Positions 1 through 9,033 of a stretch of DNA of 64,000 bases are shown here, piece after piece. The stretch comes from Patescibacteria group bacterium. Lineage in GTDB: Bacteria; Patescibacteriota; Microgenomatia; 0-14-0-10-38-17. The stretch's first letter is position 1. Every line of letters begins with the position of its first letter. The notes under the pieces were generated by a model. It worked only from the letters and a program-made list of their open reading frames with translations, searched no databases and was not told the DNA's origin. The stretch spans positions 399,437 to 463,436 of the forward strand of contig JBMNNJ010000001.1 of the NCBI GenBank assembly GCA_050953885.1. Reading direction: 5' to 3'. Both the position numbers and the translations under genes were made by a program.

Positions 1-289
1 GAAGCTGAATCATTATCCCTCCTACTTTTTCATCGTCATTCAAATCGCGAATTTTGGCAATTATTTCTTTCGTGGCTAAGCTATCTGGCCAAAAATACTC
101 TTCAAAGTTGATGCCCACCCTCCAAGCCGCCTCTTTCTTAAGATCCAGATAAATTTTGCTAGCTTTACTTTCACCAATTAAAATATCCACCAGTTTTTTA
201 TTTTTCTTTTCCCCAAGCGCTTGCCATCTTTCCCGCAAAATCTTTTCTTTTTCCGAAGCTATTTTGCGGCCGTCAAAAATAATCGTCAT
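1..289 (-). CDS. folD: Bifunctional methylene-THF dehydrogenase/cyclohydrolase FolD, N-terminal part only. The gene runs off the window start, so its 3' end lies upstream of position 1.
   Basis: Minus-strand ATG at 287-289. Translation MTIIFDGRKIASEKEKILRERWQALGEKKNKKLVDILIGESKASKIYLDLKKEAAWRVGINFEEYFWPDSLATKEIIAKIRDLNDDEKVGGIMIQL matches the FolD N-terminus, including the (V/I)xGxxxxSxxY and hGIhVQLP motifs. It sits next to glyA. Confidence 0.75.
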   Translation of the reverse strand, partial: MTIIFDGRKIASEKEKILRERWQALGEKKNKKLVDILIGESKASKIYLDLKKEAAWRVGINFEEYFWPDSLATKEIIAKIRDLNDDEKVGGIMIQL

Positions 290-298
290 AAAGCGTTT

Positions 299-1546
299 TT
301 ACGAATAAATTGGAAAACGAAATGTTAATTTCTCCACTTCTTTTCTTACCAATCCCGCTTTCTGCGGAGCACTAATAACCCTTGCTATCCAGACGGCAAT
401 TTCTTCCATTTCCTTCTCCTTCATTCCCCGAGTCGTTAGCGCTGGTGTTCCTAAACGAATTCCAGAAGGCCGATATGGCGGGTTAGGATCATCGGGAATA
501 GTATTGGCATTAACAACAATACCCGCTTTCTCCAAAGCTACCGCCGCCGTTTTGCCATCAATTCCCTTATTTCTTAAATCAGCCAAAAGCAAATGATTAT
601 CCGTCCCGCCGGAAACCAAATTAAAGCCCCTTTTCTGAAGAGCGCTCACCAGCTGGCAGGCATTTTTTACCACCTGATGAGCATATTCCCTAAATGACTC
701 TTTCCCTGCTTCTTTTAAGGCTACTGCCATTGCCGCAATCGTGTTCTCATGGGGGCCACCCTGAAGACCGGGGAAAACCGCCCGATCAATTTTCTCGGCC
801 AGTTTTGGGTCCTTTTCCAATCCTTTCTTGGTTACCATAATCATTGCCCCTCTGGGCCCGCGTAAAGTTTTGTGAGTGGTCGTGGTCACCACATGAGCAT
901 AAGAAACCGGCGAGGGATGAACGCCCGCCGCCACTAGCCCGGCGATATGAGCAATATCCGCCAAAAGATAAGCGCCTACTTTTTCGGCAATTTGGCCAAA
1001 CTTCTTAAAATCCAAGATCCGCGGATAAGCGGTGGTGCCGGCAACAATAATTTTTGGCCGTTGCTCCTTTGCCTGCTTTTCAATTTCCTCGTAATCCAAG
1101 AGCCCATTCTTACCCACGGCGTACTGAACGCTCTGAAAATAACGGCCGGAAAAGGTAATTTTTGGATGGCCGTGAGTCAAGTGGCCTCCTGAATCAAGCG
1201 ATAATCCCATAATTTTGTCTTGCGGCTCCAAAAGGGCAAAGTAAACCGCGCTGTTAGCCGGTGAGCCAGAATAAGGCTGAACATTAACGTGGGGAACACC
1301 AAAAAGCTTTTGCGCTCTTTTTTGAGCTAAATTTTCAATTTCGTCAATAATTTCGTTACCCTGATAATAACGTTTCCCGGGGTAGCCTTCAGCATATTTA
1401 TTCTGCGTCACCGAGCCCAAAGCCGCCAACACGGCCGGGGAAGCATAATTTTCCGAAGGGATCATCATCAAAGTTTCCTCCTGACGCCTTTTCTCTTTTT
1501 CAATCAACTTGGCAATTTGGGGATCAACGGTATTAAGAGACATCAT
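299..1546 (-). CDS. glyA: Serine hydroxymethyltransferase
   Basis: 415-aa ORF with SHMT hallmarks: the PLP-lysine region TTTTHKTLRGPRGAMI, GHLTHGH and SGSPAN. Confidence 0.95.
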   Translation of the reverse strand: MMSLNTVDPQIAKLIEKEKRRQEETLMMIPSENYASPAVLAALGSVTQNKYAEGYPGKRYYQGNEIIDEIENLAQKRAQKLFGVPHVNVQPYSGSPANSAVYFALLEPQDKIMGLSLDSGGHLTHGHPKITFSGRYFQSVQYAVGKNGLLDYEEIEKQAKEQRPKIIVAGTTAYPRILDFKKFGQIAEKVGAYLLADIAHIAGLVAAGVHPSPVSYAHVVTTTTHKTLRGPRGAMIMVTKKGLEKDPKLAEKIDRAVFPGLQGGPHENTIAAMAVALKEAGKESFREYAHQVVKNACQLVSALQKRGFNLVSGGTDNHLLLADLRNKGIDGKTAAVALEKAGIVVNANTIPDDPNPPYRPSGIRLGTPALTTRGMKEKEMEEIAVWIARVISAPQKAGLVRKEVEKLTFRFPIYS

Positions 1547-1559
1547 TGTTAAATTGATA

Positions 1560-1890
1560 AGCTGTTAAATTGTTGGGGATGGGATAGTTCGTAATGCGTA
1601 ATAAAGAAACGCAAAGTGCAAATATCAAAAATCAAAACCAAGCTCAAAAACCAAAACTATAAATTAAAACTCAAAACGCAAATGTCAAATGTCAAAACTA
1701 CATGTTAAATCTCAAATATTTTTAGAGCTTAATCCGCCAGCTGGCGGATTGAGTTGTAGTTTTGAGTTTTGCGATTTAACATTTGAGTTTATTTATTATT
1801 TTTGAACTTTTATTTAGGCTTTGATTTTTGATATTTGCGATTTGAGTTTTTTCATACTTAATACTTGATACAAAATACCAGATACTAACT
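1560..1890. repeat. Long AT-rich intergenic palindromic element (family E) with a central family A box. It is the representative of a family found in most intergenic spacers.
   Basis: Left arm ...aaaactcaaaacgcaaatgtcaaatgtcaaaactacatg... Centre aatCCGCCAGCTGGCGGatt (1734-1747). Right arm gagttgtagttttgagttttgcgatttaacatttgagttt... is the imperfect reverse complement. Related elements are at 3700-4040, 8790-9030, 11700-11950, 13000-13130, 15300-15480, 26250-26520, 28830-29070, 39130-39620, 41495-41630 and 43740-44110. Confidence 0.7.
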
Positions 1891-1894
1891 CTTA

Positions 1895-2614
1895 TTATAC
1901 CCCTCTTTCCCTAACTTGGGCTCCGGGGATTTTCTTCCACTGCCCGCAAGACATTTTGCCTTCCCAGCAAATTTTTTCCGTTTGGCAACTGGGGCCAGCA
2001 TCAGCAAAAAGCGTTGGCGCCGCTTTTTTAACCAACCTCAACATTTCCCAAGCAAGAGCCCTGATTTCCCACTGCGCCCGCTGGCAGCAACGAAGACGGA
2101 AAAAATTATGCAGTTCCCGCGCATTCATGGTCACCACTATTTTTGTTTCACAAGCATTGGGCAAAACAAAACGCGCGTCTTCCTTTTCGACACCAAGACT
2201 CACTAGTCGCTGGTAAGAATTTTCCGCTTTCCCCAAACTTTTAAGAAAAATTTTTTCTGCTTTGGAATCCTTCTTAATTTGAGGAGGAATAATATAAGAA
2301 AGAGATTCCGTTGGCTTCACATACCGTTGCGATTGTTGCGAGTAAGAAGCCAGGCGATGCCGTACCAGCTGATGAGAACAAGCCCGAGAAATGCCCTCAA
2401 TTGCAAAGGTAAAAGAAGCATGCTCAATCGTAGAAGTGTGACCGGAGGAAATGACTTGCTTAACTAACCTTTCTCTTGTTTCCTGACTGGTTTTTTTCAA
2501 AAGATCTTCTGCCCCCACCGGGCTATAGCACTGGCGAATTGCCGCCGCCGCCACCTCTTCTGGTTTTTTGGTGTAAGACAAAAGAATAACCTTGAGTTTT
2601 TGCTCTTTAGGCAT
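1895..2614 (-). CDS. thyX: Flavin-dependent thymidylate synthase ThyX
   Basis: 239-aa ORF with the ThyX signature RHRxxSxxxxSxR (VRHRLASYSQQSQRY). Confidence 0.9.
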   Translation of the reverse strand: MPKEQKLKVILLSYTKKPEEVAAAAIRQCYSPVGAEDLLKKTSQETRERLVKQVISSGHTSTIEHASFTFAIEGISRACSHQLVRHRLASYSQQSQRYVKPTESLSYIIPPQIKKDSKAEKIFLKSLGKAENSYQRLVSLGVEKEDARFVLPNACETKIVVTMNARELHNFFRLRCCQRAQWEIRALAWEMLRLVKKAAPTLFADAGPSCQTEKICWEGKMSCGQWKKIPGAQVRERGV

Positions 2615-3185
2615 TTATTTTGGTCAAAATTTCTTCCACTTTTGCTTCCAGCTCTTTTATTGTCCCTTTATTAATTAAAACATCATCCGCTTTTTTAAGA
2701 CAAGCTTTTATATTTCTTCCTTTTTCTCCCTGGCCGCTTTTAAAATCAATCCTATCAATTCTTAAAAAATCCTTCCACTCAACAGGATCAGACTCCCGCT
2801 GACGTGAAAGTAGCCGCTGATACCGCAAACGCCGCGGTGCCGTCACCCCAATCAAATAAAAATTCGGCTTCTTTTTAAGAAAATTAACTTCCGCCTCACC
2901 ACGAATAGAATCAATAACCACCCTAGCGCCCCCTTTTTCCCTAACTATTTCCCAAGTTCTTCTAGCCAAAACTTCTCCCCCAAATTCATGGCGCAAATCA
3001 TCGGCAATCTTTTGTAAATTCTCTCGCGTAATTTCTATGCCTCTTTTTTCAATTTCTTCACGTACCCGGTCAGAAGTTGAAGAATAGAAAAACCCTTTCT
3101 TTTTTAAGAATTCTGCGACTATGCCCTTGCCACCCGCAATGGGACCAGTCAAGCCAATAATAATCATTTTTTGGGAAAACACCAT
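2607..3185 (-). CDS. P-loop nucleotide kinase-like protein, possibly a (d)NMP or dephospho-CoA kinase-like enzyme. The family is uncertain.
   Basis: N-terminal Walker [13 protein letters not shown]. 192 aa. Overlaps thyX and the dCMP deaminase gene, suggesting one operon. Confidence 0.45.
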   Translation of the reverse strand: MVFSQKMIIIGLTGPIAGGKGIVAEFLKKKGFFYSSTSDRVREEIEKRGIEITRENLQKIADDLRHEFGGEVLARRTWEIVREKGGARVVIDSIRGEAEVNFLKKKPNFYLIGVTAPRRLRYQRLLSRQRESDPVEWKDFLRIDRIDFKSGQGEKGRNIKACLKKADDVLINKGTIKELEAKVEEILTKINA

Positions 3186-3655
3186 TTTTCTAATTTAACC
3201 TTCGCTTCTTTTAATAAACCTTGGGCGAATTCATCGGGGTAAGGGTCAAGATAAACAATACGCTTAATGCCGGCGCCGATTAAAATTTTCGTGCAAATTG
3301 TGCAAGGTTGATGAGTAATATAAATCGTACTCCCCCGAGTAGGCACACCATAAACCGCGCACTGAATAATCGCGTTTTGCTCGGCATGAATAGCCCGACA
3401 AATTTCTGCCCGCGTCCCCGAGGGAATTTTTAGCTGATCACGAATACAGCCGATATCCAAACAATGCGCCATCCCTGACGGCGCGCCATTATAGCCAGTC
3501 GCTAAAATCCTCTTGTCGCGCACCAAAACCGCTCCCACCTGACGTCTTAAGCAAGTACTGCGCGTGGCAACCAGCTGCGCTAATTTCATAAAATATTCAT
3601 CCCATGCTGGCCTAATTTTTCCCGCCTTTGTTCTGACCTGGTTTTCGCTTACCAT
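3164..3655 (-). CDS. dCMP deaminase (ComEB-like cytidine/deoxycytidylate deaminase)
   Basis: Zinc-binding motifs HAEQNAI and PCTICTKIL, in the spacing typical of dCMP deaminase. Confidence 0.85.
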   Translation of the reverse strand: MVSENQVRTKAGKIRPAWDEYFMKLAQLVATRSTCLRRQVGAVLVRDKRILATGYNGAPSGMAHCLDIGCIRDQLKIPSGTRAEICRAIHAEQNAIIQCAVYGVPTRGSTIYITHQPCTICTKILIGAGIKRIVYLDPYPDEFAQGLLKEAKVKLEKWCFPKK

Positions 3656-4043
3656 ATTTAATTTACCTAAAAAAACGATGCTATAATTTAGCGCGCACCT
3701 ATCACCTCTAATAAAAACAACCCTGCTTCATTATGTTTTTTGATTTTGATTGGTAATGGGTAATAAAAAAGCGCAAAATGCAAAGAGCCTCGCCGCCAGC
3801 GGGGCCCCGCTATGGCGGGATAAAACCTGAATCAAAATTCAAAATTCAAAAGTTAAAAGTTAAAATTACAAGTTAAAATTCAAAAGTAGAACAAAAAACT
3901 TTTAACTTGTAATTTTGATCCGCCAGCTGGCGGATTGACTTTTGCCTTTTGAATTATTTTTGCGCCAGTCATTCGCTTATTCGTGTCTATTCGTTTCCTA
4001 TTTGTTTTAATTCGTGTCTTTTAGCAACTTAATAATGATTTTC

Positions 4044-5561
4044 TTATTCGTTCTTCACCTTTGCCGTTTGCCCATCAGTAGAAACCCAAATTCCTAGTTT
4101 TGAAAAAATACTTTGCTCTGCCGCTGATAATTCATGAGTGGTATGCATAAAGCAACCGCGTAAGTTATTCAAAAATCCTTGCGCTTTTTGCGCCACGGGA
4201 CTAACTTGGGAAGAAACTGCCAAAGCCAAAAGGGCTTCGGTGCAGTTCAGGCTGGTTGATTTTTCCTTAATTTGCTTTTTCAATTTATTAATCTGCTTAA
4301 TAATTGCTGGCGAAATTAAATCAAGATTATCTGGGATTTCCCCTAAAACCTTAATCGCGTTCAAAACTGCCGCCGCTTCCGCATGAAGAAGGGGAGAATT
4401 TTTCCCGCTGATAATTCTCCCATCAGGAAGTTCAATTGCCGCTCCACAATAAATTCCCCTTTCTCCCTTTCCTCTTTTTTGCGTTGCCTCTTTTTTTGCC
4501 CGCCGCGCTGCGGGCACTATTTTAAGATCTTCCTCGCTTATCCCCAAACGCTTCATAATCACTTCCACCCTCTCTATCGTCTTCTTATCAACCAACCCCT
4601 TTTTATATTCCTGCCGATAGCGAAAAAGATAGAAGATAATTTCTTTCTTAGCCGCCTCGCAAACAACTTTTTCGTCAATAATCCCCTGACTTAAAACATT
4701 AAACCCCACATCGGTAGGAGAACAATAAGAACGCGAAAAATTTTTATCGCTCAAAATTTTTTCAAAAATAGCCTTGATAATTGGAAAAGCCTCCACGTCG
4801 CGATTATAATTAACCGCAATCTTTTGGTAAGCCTGAAGATGAAAAGGATCAATGAGATTAAAATCACCTAAGTCAGCCGTCGCGGCTTCATAGGCAAGAT
4901 TAACAGGATGGTCAAGCGGCAAATCCCAAACAGGAAAGGTTTCAAATTTAGCGTAACCAGAATTAAGCCCTTTCTTCGCGTCAAGATATATCTGCCCTAA
5001 ACAAGTTGACAATTTCCCCGACCCGGGTCCGGCTCCCCAAACCACCACCAAGGGTTTTTTGGTCTTAAGATCTTCATCGCGGCCATAGCCTTGGGCGCTC
5101 AAGATATTCTCGAGATTACGGGGATAACCGTCAATCTCATAGCGCCTAAAAACCTTTATTCCCATCCGTTTTAGTCTCTTTTCCAAAATTTTTGCCTCGT
5201 TCTCTCCCTCAAAGCGATTAATCACCACCCCCGCCACTGCCAAACCAATTGCCTCTAAATCTTCTAAGGCCTTAATCGTGGCCAAATCATAACCCATTCC
5301 CCAGTCGCCGCGAATTTTACCATTGGCTAATTGCTTAGCAGAAACACAATAAAGCACCTCTAAATCTTGATGTAAAGCTTTAAGTAAGCGCACTTTAGCG
5401 TCAGGATCGTAGCCTGGCAGGCTGCGGGCGGCGTGGAAATCAGCCATCAATTTCCCCCCAAACTCCAAATAAAGCCGGCCGGAAAATTTAGCTAATCGCT
5501 CTCTAATCGCCTTCTCTTGAGCCGCCAAATACCTTTTGGTATCAAAACCTATTTTATTCAT
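4044..5561 (-). CDS. UPF0371/DUF1846-like family protein. This call rests on remembered family sequence.
   Basis: 505-aa ORF whose N-terminus, MNKIGFDTKRYLAAQEKAIRERL, resembles the UPF0371 family. Its stop overlaps the topA start (ATGA). Confidence 0.45.
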   Translation of the reverse strand: MNKIGFDTKRYLAAQEKAIRERLAKFSGRLYLEFGGKLMADFHAARSLPGYDPDAKVRLLKALHQDLEVLYCVSAKQLANGKIRGDWGMGYDLATIKALEDLEAIGLAVAGVVINRFEGENEAKILEKRLKRMGIKVFRRYEIDGYPRNLENILSAQGYGRDEDLKTKKPLVVVWGAGPGSGKLSTCLGQIYLDAKKGLNSGYAKFETFPVWDLPLDHPVNLAYEAATADLGDFNLIDPFHLQAYQKIAVNYNRDVEAFPIIKAIFEKILSDKNFSRSYCSPTDVGFNVLSQGIIDEKVVCEAAKKEIIFYLFRYRQEYKKGLVDKKTIERVEVIMKRLGISEEDLKIVPAARRAKKEATQKRGKGERGIYCGAAIELPDGRIISGKNSPLLHAEAAAVLNAIKVLGEIPDNLDLISPAIIKQINKLKKQIKEKSTSLNCTEALLALAVSSQVSPVAQKAQGFLNNLRGCFMHTTHELSAAEQSIFSKLGIWVSTDGQTAKVKNE

Positions 5562-7561
5562 TTATTATTTGTTATTTCTCTGGGCTTTCGCCAAGAAGCC
5601 CACTTACAGTTAGGATAAGCCGAACAACCATAAAAACGCCTTCCTTTTTTGCTTCTTCTTATTACCACTTGAGCCCCGCACTGGGGACATTTTACTCCTT
5701 CCAATTTTTCATTATAAGGGGCGGTATAATCGCATTCAGGAAAGCGTGAACATGATAAAAATTTACCAAAACGGCCTGTTCTCACCACCAACTTTCCCTG
5801 TCCGCATTTGGGGCAAGTTTTTTCTGTTTCCTCAACTGGCACGGCTACCCGCGGCGCTTCTTTCTCTACCTTGGCTAATTTCTGCGAGAAAGGCTGGTAA
5901 AAACGCTTAATTAAATTCGTCCAGCGCCTTTGACCACTAGCCACTTCATCAAGGCCTTCCTCCATTTGCGCGGTAAAAGGCAAGTCAACAATTTCGGCAA
6001 AGTTACCTACCAGAAAATCATTAACCGTCTCCCCTAAAACGGTAGGCTTAAATACCCCCTCTTCCTTTTCAACATAATAACGATTTTCCACCGTGGTAAC
6101 AATCGGCGCATAAGTTGAAGGTCGGCCAATCCCTTCTTTTTCCAAAACCGCAATTAAGCTCGCCTCGTTATAACGAGGGGGCGGATTAGTTGCCAATTTG
6201 AGAGGGCTTAAGCAAAAAAGAGAAACTTTTTCTCCTTTTTTCAAATCGGGAAAACTTGAGTCTAAAAATTCTTTTGCCAAAACTTGGCGAAAACCGGGAA
6301 AAACCAATTTTTGGCCAGAAGTTTCAAATAAATACTGCCCTCCTTTAATTTTGGCGGTTACTTTTTCAAAAACGGCCGGCGTCATTTGTGAAGCGATAGC
6401 CCTTTTCCAAATTAACTGGTAGAGTTTATCTTCCTGCCCGCCTAAGCTAATTTTTTGGCGCTGAATATCAGTCGGACGAATAGCCTCGTGAGCTTCTTGC
6501 GCCACCCGGCTGCGTGTTTTGTAAAAAATTGCTTTAGGGGGAAGAAAACGAGGGCCATATTTTTTCAAAATCAAGCTTCTTATTTTTTCCACCGCCTCTT
6601 TTGCTAAAGCCGTCGAATCGGTCCGGTGATAGGTAATTAAACCCTGCTCATAAAGGCGCTGGGCCAGTCTCATTGTCTGTCTTGAGGAAAAACCAAAAAG
6701 ACGGTTCGCCCCTTGCTGCATTGTTGAAGTTGTTAAAGGGGGAGAAGGATAACGGCGGCTTTCTTTTCTAATCACTTCTTCTACTAAAAAAGGGGATAAA
6801 AAACAGTCGGCGATAATGGCCAAAGCTTCTTTTTCGTTTTTAATCTTGCTGGAAGAAAAAGTATAATCGCCGGCAAAAAGGGAAATTTTATGACGCTCTT
6901 CAACTTTCTCCCCATTAATTGCCACCAACCCCGCCGGAAAAATTTCCCCTTCTTTTTTAAAACCACCCTCCAAACGCCAATATTCTTGGGAAGAAAAAAT
7001 TTTAATCTCCCTTTCTCGCTCGACGATTAAACGCACCACTACCGACTGAACCCGACCGGCTGACAAGCCTCGTCTTATTTTCTTCCATAAAATCGGTGAA
7101 AGTTTATAGCCCACCAGCCGATCCAAAACCCGCCGGGCAGTTTGCGCGTCCACCAGAGAAAGATTAATTTCTCCCGCCTGCTGAATTGCTTTTTTCACCG
7201 CCTCAAGGGTAATTTCATGAAAACTAATTCGAGCAAAATGGTTTGTTTTTTTGTCAGGCGCCTGGCATAATACCATTACCTGATAAGCGATTGCTTCCCC
7301 TTCCCGATCCGGATCAGAGGCCAAAAAAACTCTTTCTGCCTTTTTAACGCTTTTTTTAATTTCGTTAATCGTTGCTTTTTTACCGGGAAGAATTTCATAT
7401 TGAGGAGCAAAGTTATTCTCAACATCCACTCCTAACTTGCTTTTTGGCAAATCGCGAAGATGGCCTTTAGTTGCCAAAATCTGGTATTCCTCCCCCAAAA
7501 ACCGAGATAATGTCTTTGCCTTAGTGGGTGATTCAACAATAATAAGATTCATATTCCCCAT
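5558..7561 (-). CDS. topA: DNA topoisomerase I
   Basis: 667 aa. TOPRIM N-terminus (LIIVESPTKAKT), the GYKLSPILW region, and C-terminal C4 zinc ribbons (CPKCGQG...C, CPQCG...C). Confidence 0.95.
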   Translation of the reverse strand: MGNMNLIIVESPTKAKTLSRFLGEEYQILATKGHLRDLPKSKLGVDVENNFAPQYEILPGKKATINEIKKSVKKAERVFLASDPDREGEAIAYQVMVLCQAPDKKTNHFARISFHEITLEAVKKAIQQAGEINLSLVDAQTARRVLDRLVGYKLSPILWKKIRRGLSAGRVQSVVVRLIVEREREIKIFSSQEYWRLEGGFKKEGEIFPAGLVAINGEKVEERHKISLFAGDYTFSSSKIKNEKEALAIIADCFLSPFLVEEVIRKESRRYPSPPLTTSTMQQGANRLFGFSSRQTMRLAQRLYEQGLITYHRTDSTALAKEAVEKIRSLILKKYGPRFLPPKAIFYKTRSRVAQEAHEAIRPTDIQRQKISLGGQEDKLYQLIWKRAIASQMTPAVFEKVTAKIKGGQYLFETSGQKLVFPGFRQVLAKEFLDSSFPDLKKGEKVSLFCLSPLKLATNPPPRYNEASLIAVLEKEGIGRPSTYAPIVTTVENRYYVEKEEGVFKPTVLGETVNDFLVGNFAEIVDLPFTAQMEEGLDEVASGQRRWTNLIKRFYQPFSQKLAKVEKEAPRVAVPVEETEKTCPKCGQGKLVVRTGRFGKFLSCSRFPECDYTAPYNEKLEGVKCPQCGAQVVIRRSKKGRRFYGCSAYPNCKWASWRKPREITNNK

Positions 7562-8772
7562 TCGCCTCTGCCTAAATTTTTAATCGCCCCCTTAATTTCT
7601 AATAATCCTAAAAGGGCATTAACTTTCTCTGCCGGCCAAACTGCCTTTTTAATTATCTCATCAACCGTCAAGTTTTCCTGCGAAAGAAGATCGATAACTC
7701 TTTTCTCATCAGGAGATAAACTTTCTGGAGAAATATTACCCAAAAGCCTTTTTCCTTTTAAATTAAATTCTTCTAAAATATCCTCGGCGCTGCTTACTAA
7801 TTTTGCCCCATTTTTTAAAAGAAAAATTGGACCGGCGCAAAGAGGATAAGTAATCGGGCCGGGAACGGCAAAAACTTCCCGCCCAAAATCAGCTGCTAAA
7901 GAAGCGGTGATTAACGATCCCGACTTCTGCGCCCCCTCGGTAACCAAAACCCCCGCTGATAACCCGGCAATAATCCGATTCCGGGAAGGAAAATTACCCG
8001 GCAGGGGCGGCATCCCCGGGGGAAACTCGGAAATAATCAAGCCTTTTTGGGCAATTTCTTCACTTAATTGATAAGCTTGAGGGGGATAAACCATATTAAT
8101 CCCACATCCCAAAACGGCAATTGTTTTCCCCCCTTTTCTTAGGGCAGTCTGATGAGCCAGCGAATCAACCCCCCAGGCCAAACCCGAAACAATCACCAAA
8201 CCTGCCTCCGCTAAATCTTGAACCAATAAGCTTGTTACCTGTCGACCGTAAGCGGTCATTCTTCTTGTCCCCACCACTCCCAGGGAAGGACAGGAAAAAA
8301 AATCTTTCTTCTCAAAAACTTCGCTCTGCCGTCCTCTGACATAAATCAAAAAAGGCGGTGAGCTAATTTCTTTCAGGAGAGGAGGATAAGATTCATCGGC
8401 CAAAGTTAAAGGCCAAACTGGTACATTCTCCCCTTTTAAATACTCTCCTTTTCTTCTAACCCAAGAATAATCTTTTTCCTGTTCCTGATTATTAAAACCA
8501 AATTTTTCTCCCTCTCCTAACTTACCCGAAATTAATTTCTCAAAATATTCTTCAGGAGAAAAATGCTGACGAAAGCTTAAAAATTGCCTCGTCAATTTTT
8601 CTCCTAAATTAAGTTTCCACCATTCTTCTTCTCTTGCTTCCCAGGCTAAGCGCGCCCCGCTAAAGTAACGTAAAATCGCCAAAAACTTTTGGGGGCCAAT
8701 TCCCTGGAAAACATTAAAAGCCACCCAATAAGGGCGGTCTTTGTCGATATTAATTTTTTTAAAATCAAACAC
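7549..8772 (-). CDS. dprA: DNA processing protein DprA/Smf
   Basis: 407 aa with a Rossmann-like DprA core (GVVGTRRMTAYGRQV, LVIVSGLAWGVDSLAH). The dprA-topA arrangement is common. Confidence 0.8.
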   Translation of the reverse strand: MFDFKKINIDKDRPYWVAFNVFQGIGPQKFLAILRYFSGARLAWEAREEEWWKLNLGEKLTRQFLSFRQHFSPEEYFEKLISGKLGEGEKFGFNNQEQEKDYSWVRRKGEYLKGENVPVWPLTLADESYPPLLKEISSPPFLIYVRGRQSEVFEKKDFFSCPSLGVVGTRRMTAYGRQVTSLLVQDLAEAGLVIVSGLAWGVDSLAHQTALRKGGKTIAVLGCGINMVYPPQAYQLSEEIAQKGLIISEFPPGMPPLPGNFPSRNRIIAGLSAGVLVTEGAQKSGSLITASLAADFGREVFAVPGPITYPLCAGPIFLLKNGAKLVSSAEDILEEFNLKGKRLLGNISPESLSPDEKRVIDLLSQENLTVDEIIKKAVWPAEKVNALLGLLEIKGAIKNLGRGEWGI

Positions 8773-8872
8773 CGTTATTAAATTTTACTAAAATATACAA
8801 ATTAACACGGATGGGAAACAAGAAAATAACTTAAAATGCAAAAGTCAAAATTCAAAATTGCAAATACAATTC

Positions 8873-8964
8873 TGTAGGGGCGGACCCATGTGTCCGCCCA
8901 TCAAAGGGTCCGTGCTGCTTATTTAAAACCATTAATCGGGTCGACACATGGGTCGACCCCTACA
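8873..8964. repeat. Family C ~92-nt double-hairpin element. A second copy lies at 24641-24734 in inverted orientation.
   Basis: tgtaggggcggacccatgtgtccgccc...gggtcgacacatgggtcgacccctaca. The other copy is its near-exact reverse complement. Both are intergenic. Confidence 0.8.
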
Positions 8965-9033
8965 AATATTCCTTTGCGTTTTGCGATTTAACATTTGAGT
9001 TTATTTAATGAAACAATGCGGCAATGAAACAAT

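Noticed and set aside
947-1192. Small ORFs nested antisense or out of frame inside glyA, thyX, topA, PBP2, leuS and other genes, for example 947-1192, 1916-2216, 6198-6422, 9480-9696, 37125-38338 and 41802-42355
   Set aside because: They lie wholly inside well-supported longer CDSs on the other strand or frame and have no conserved motifs.
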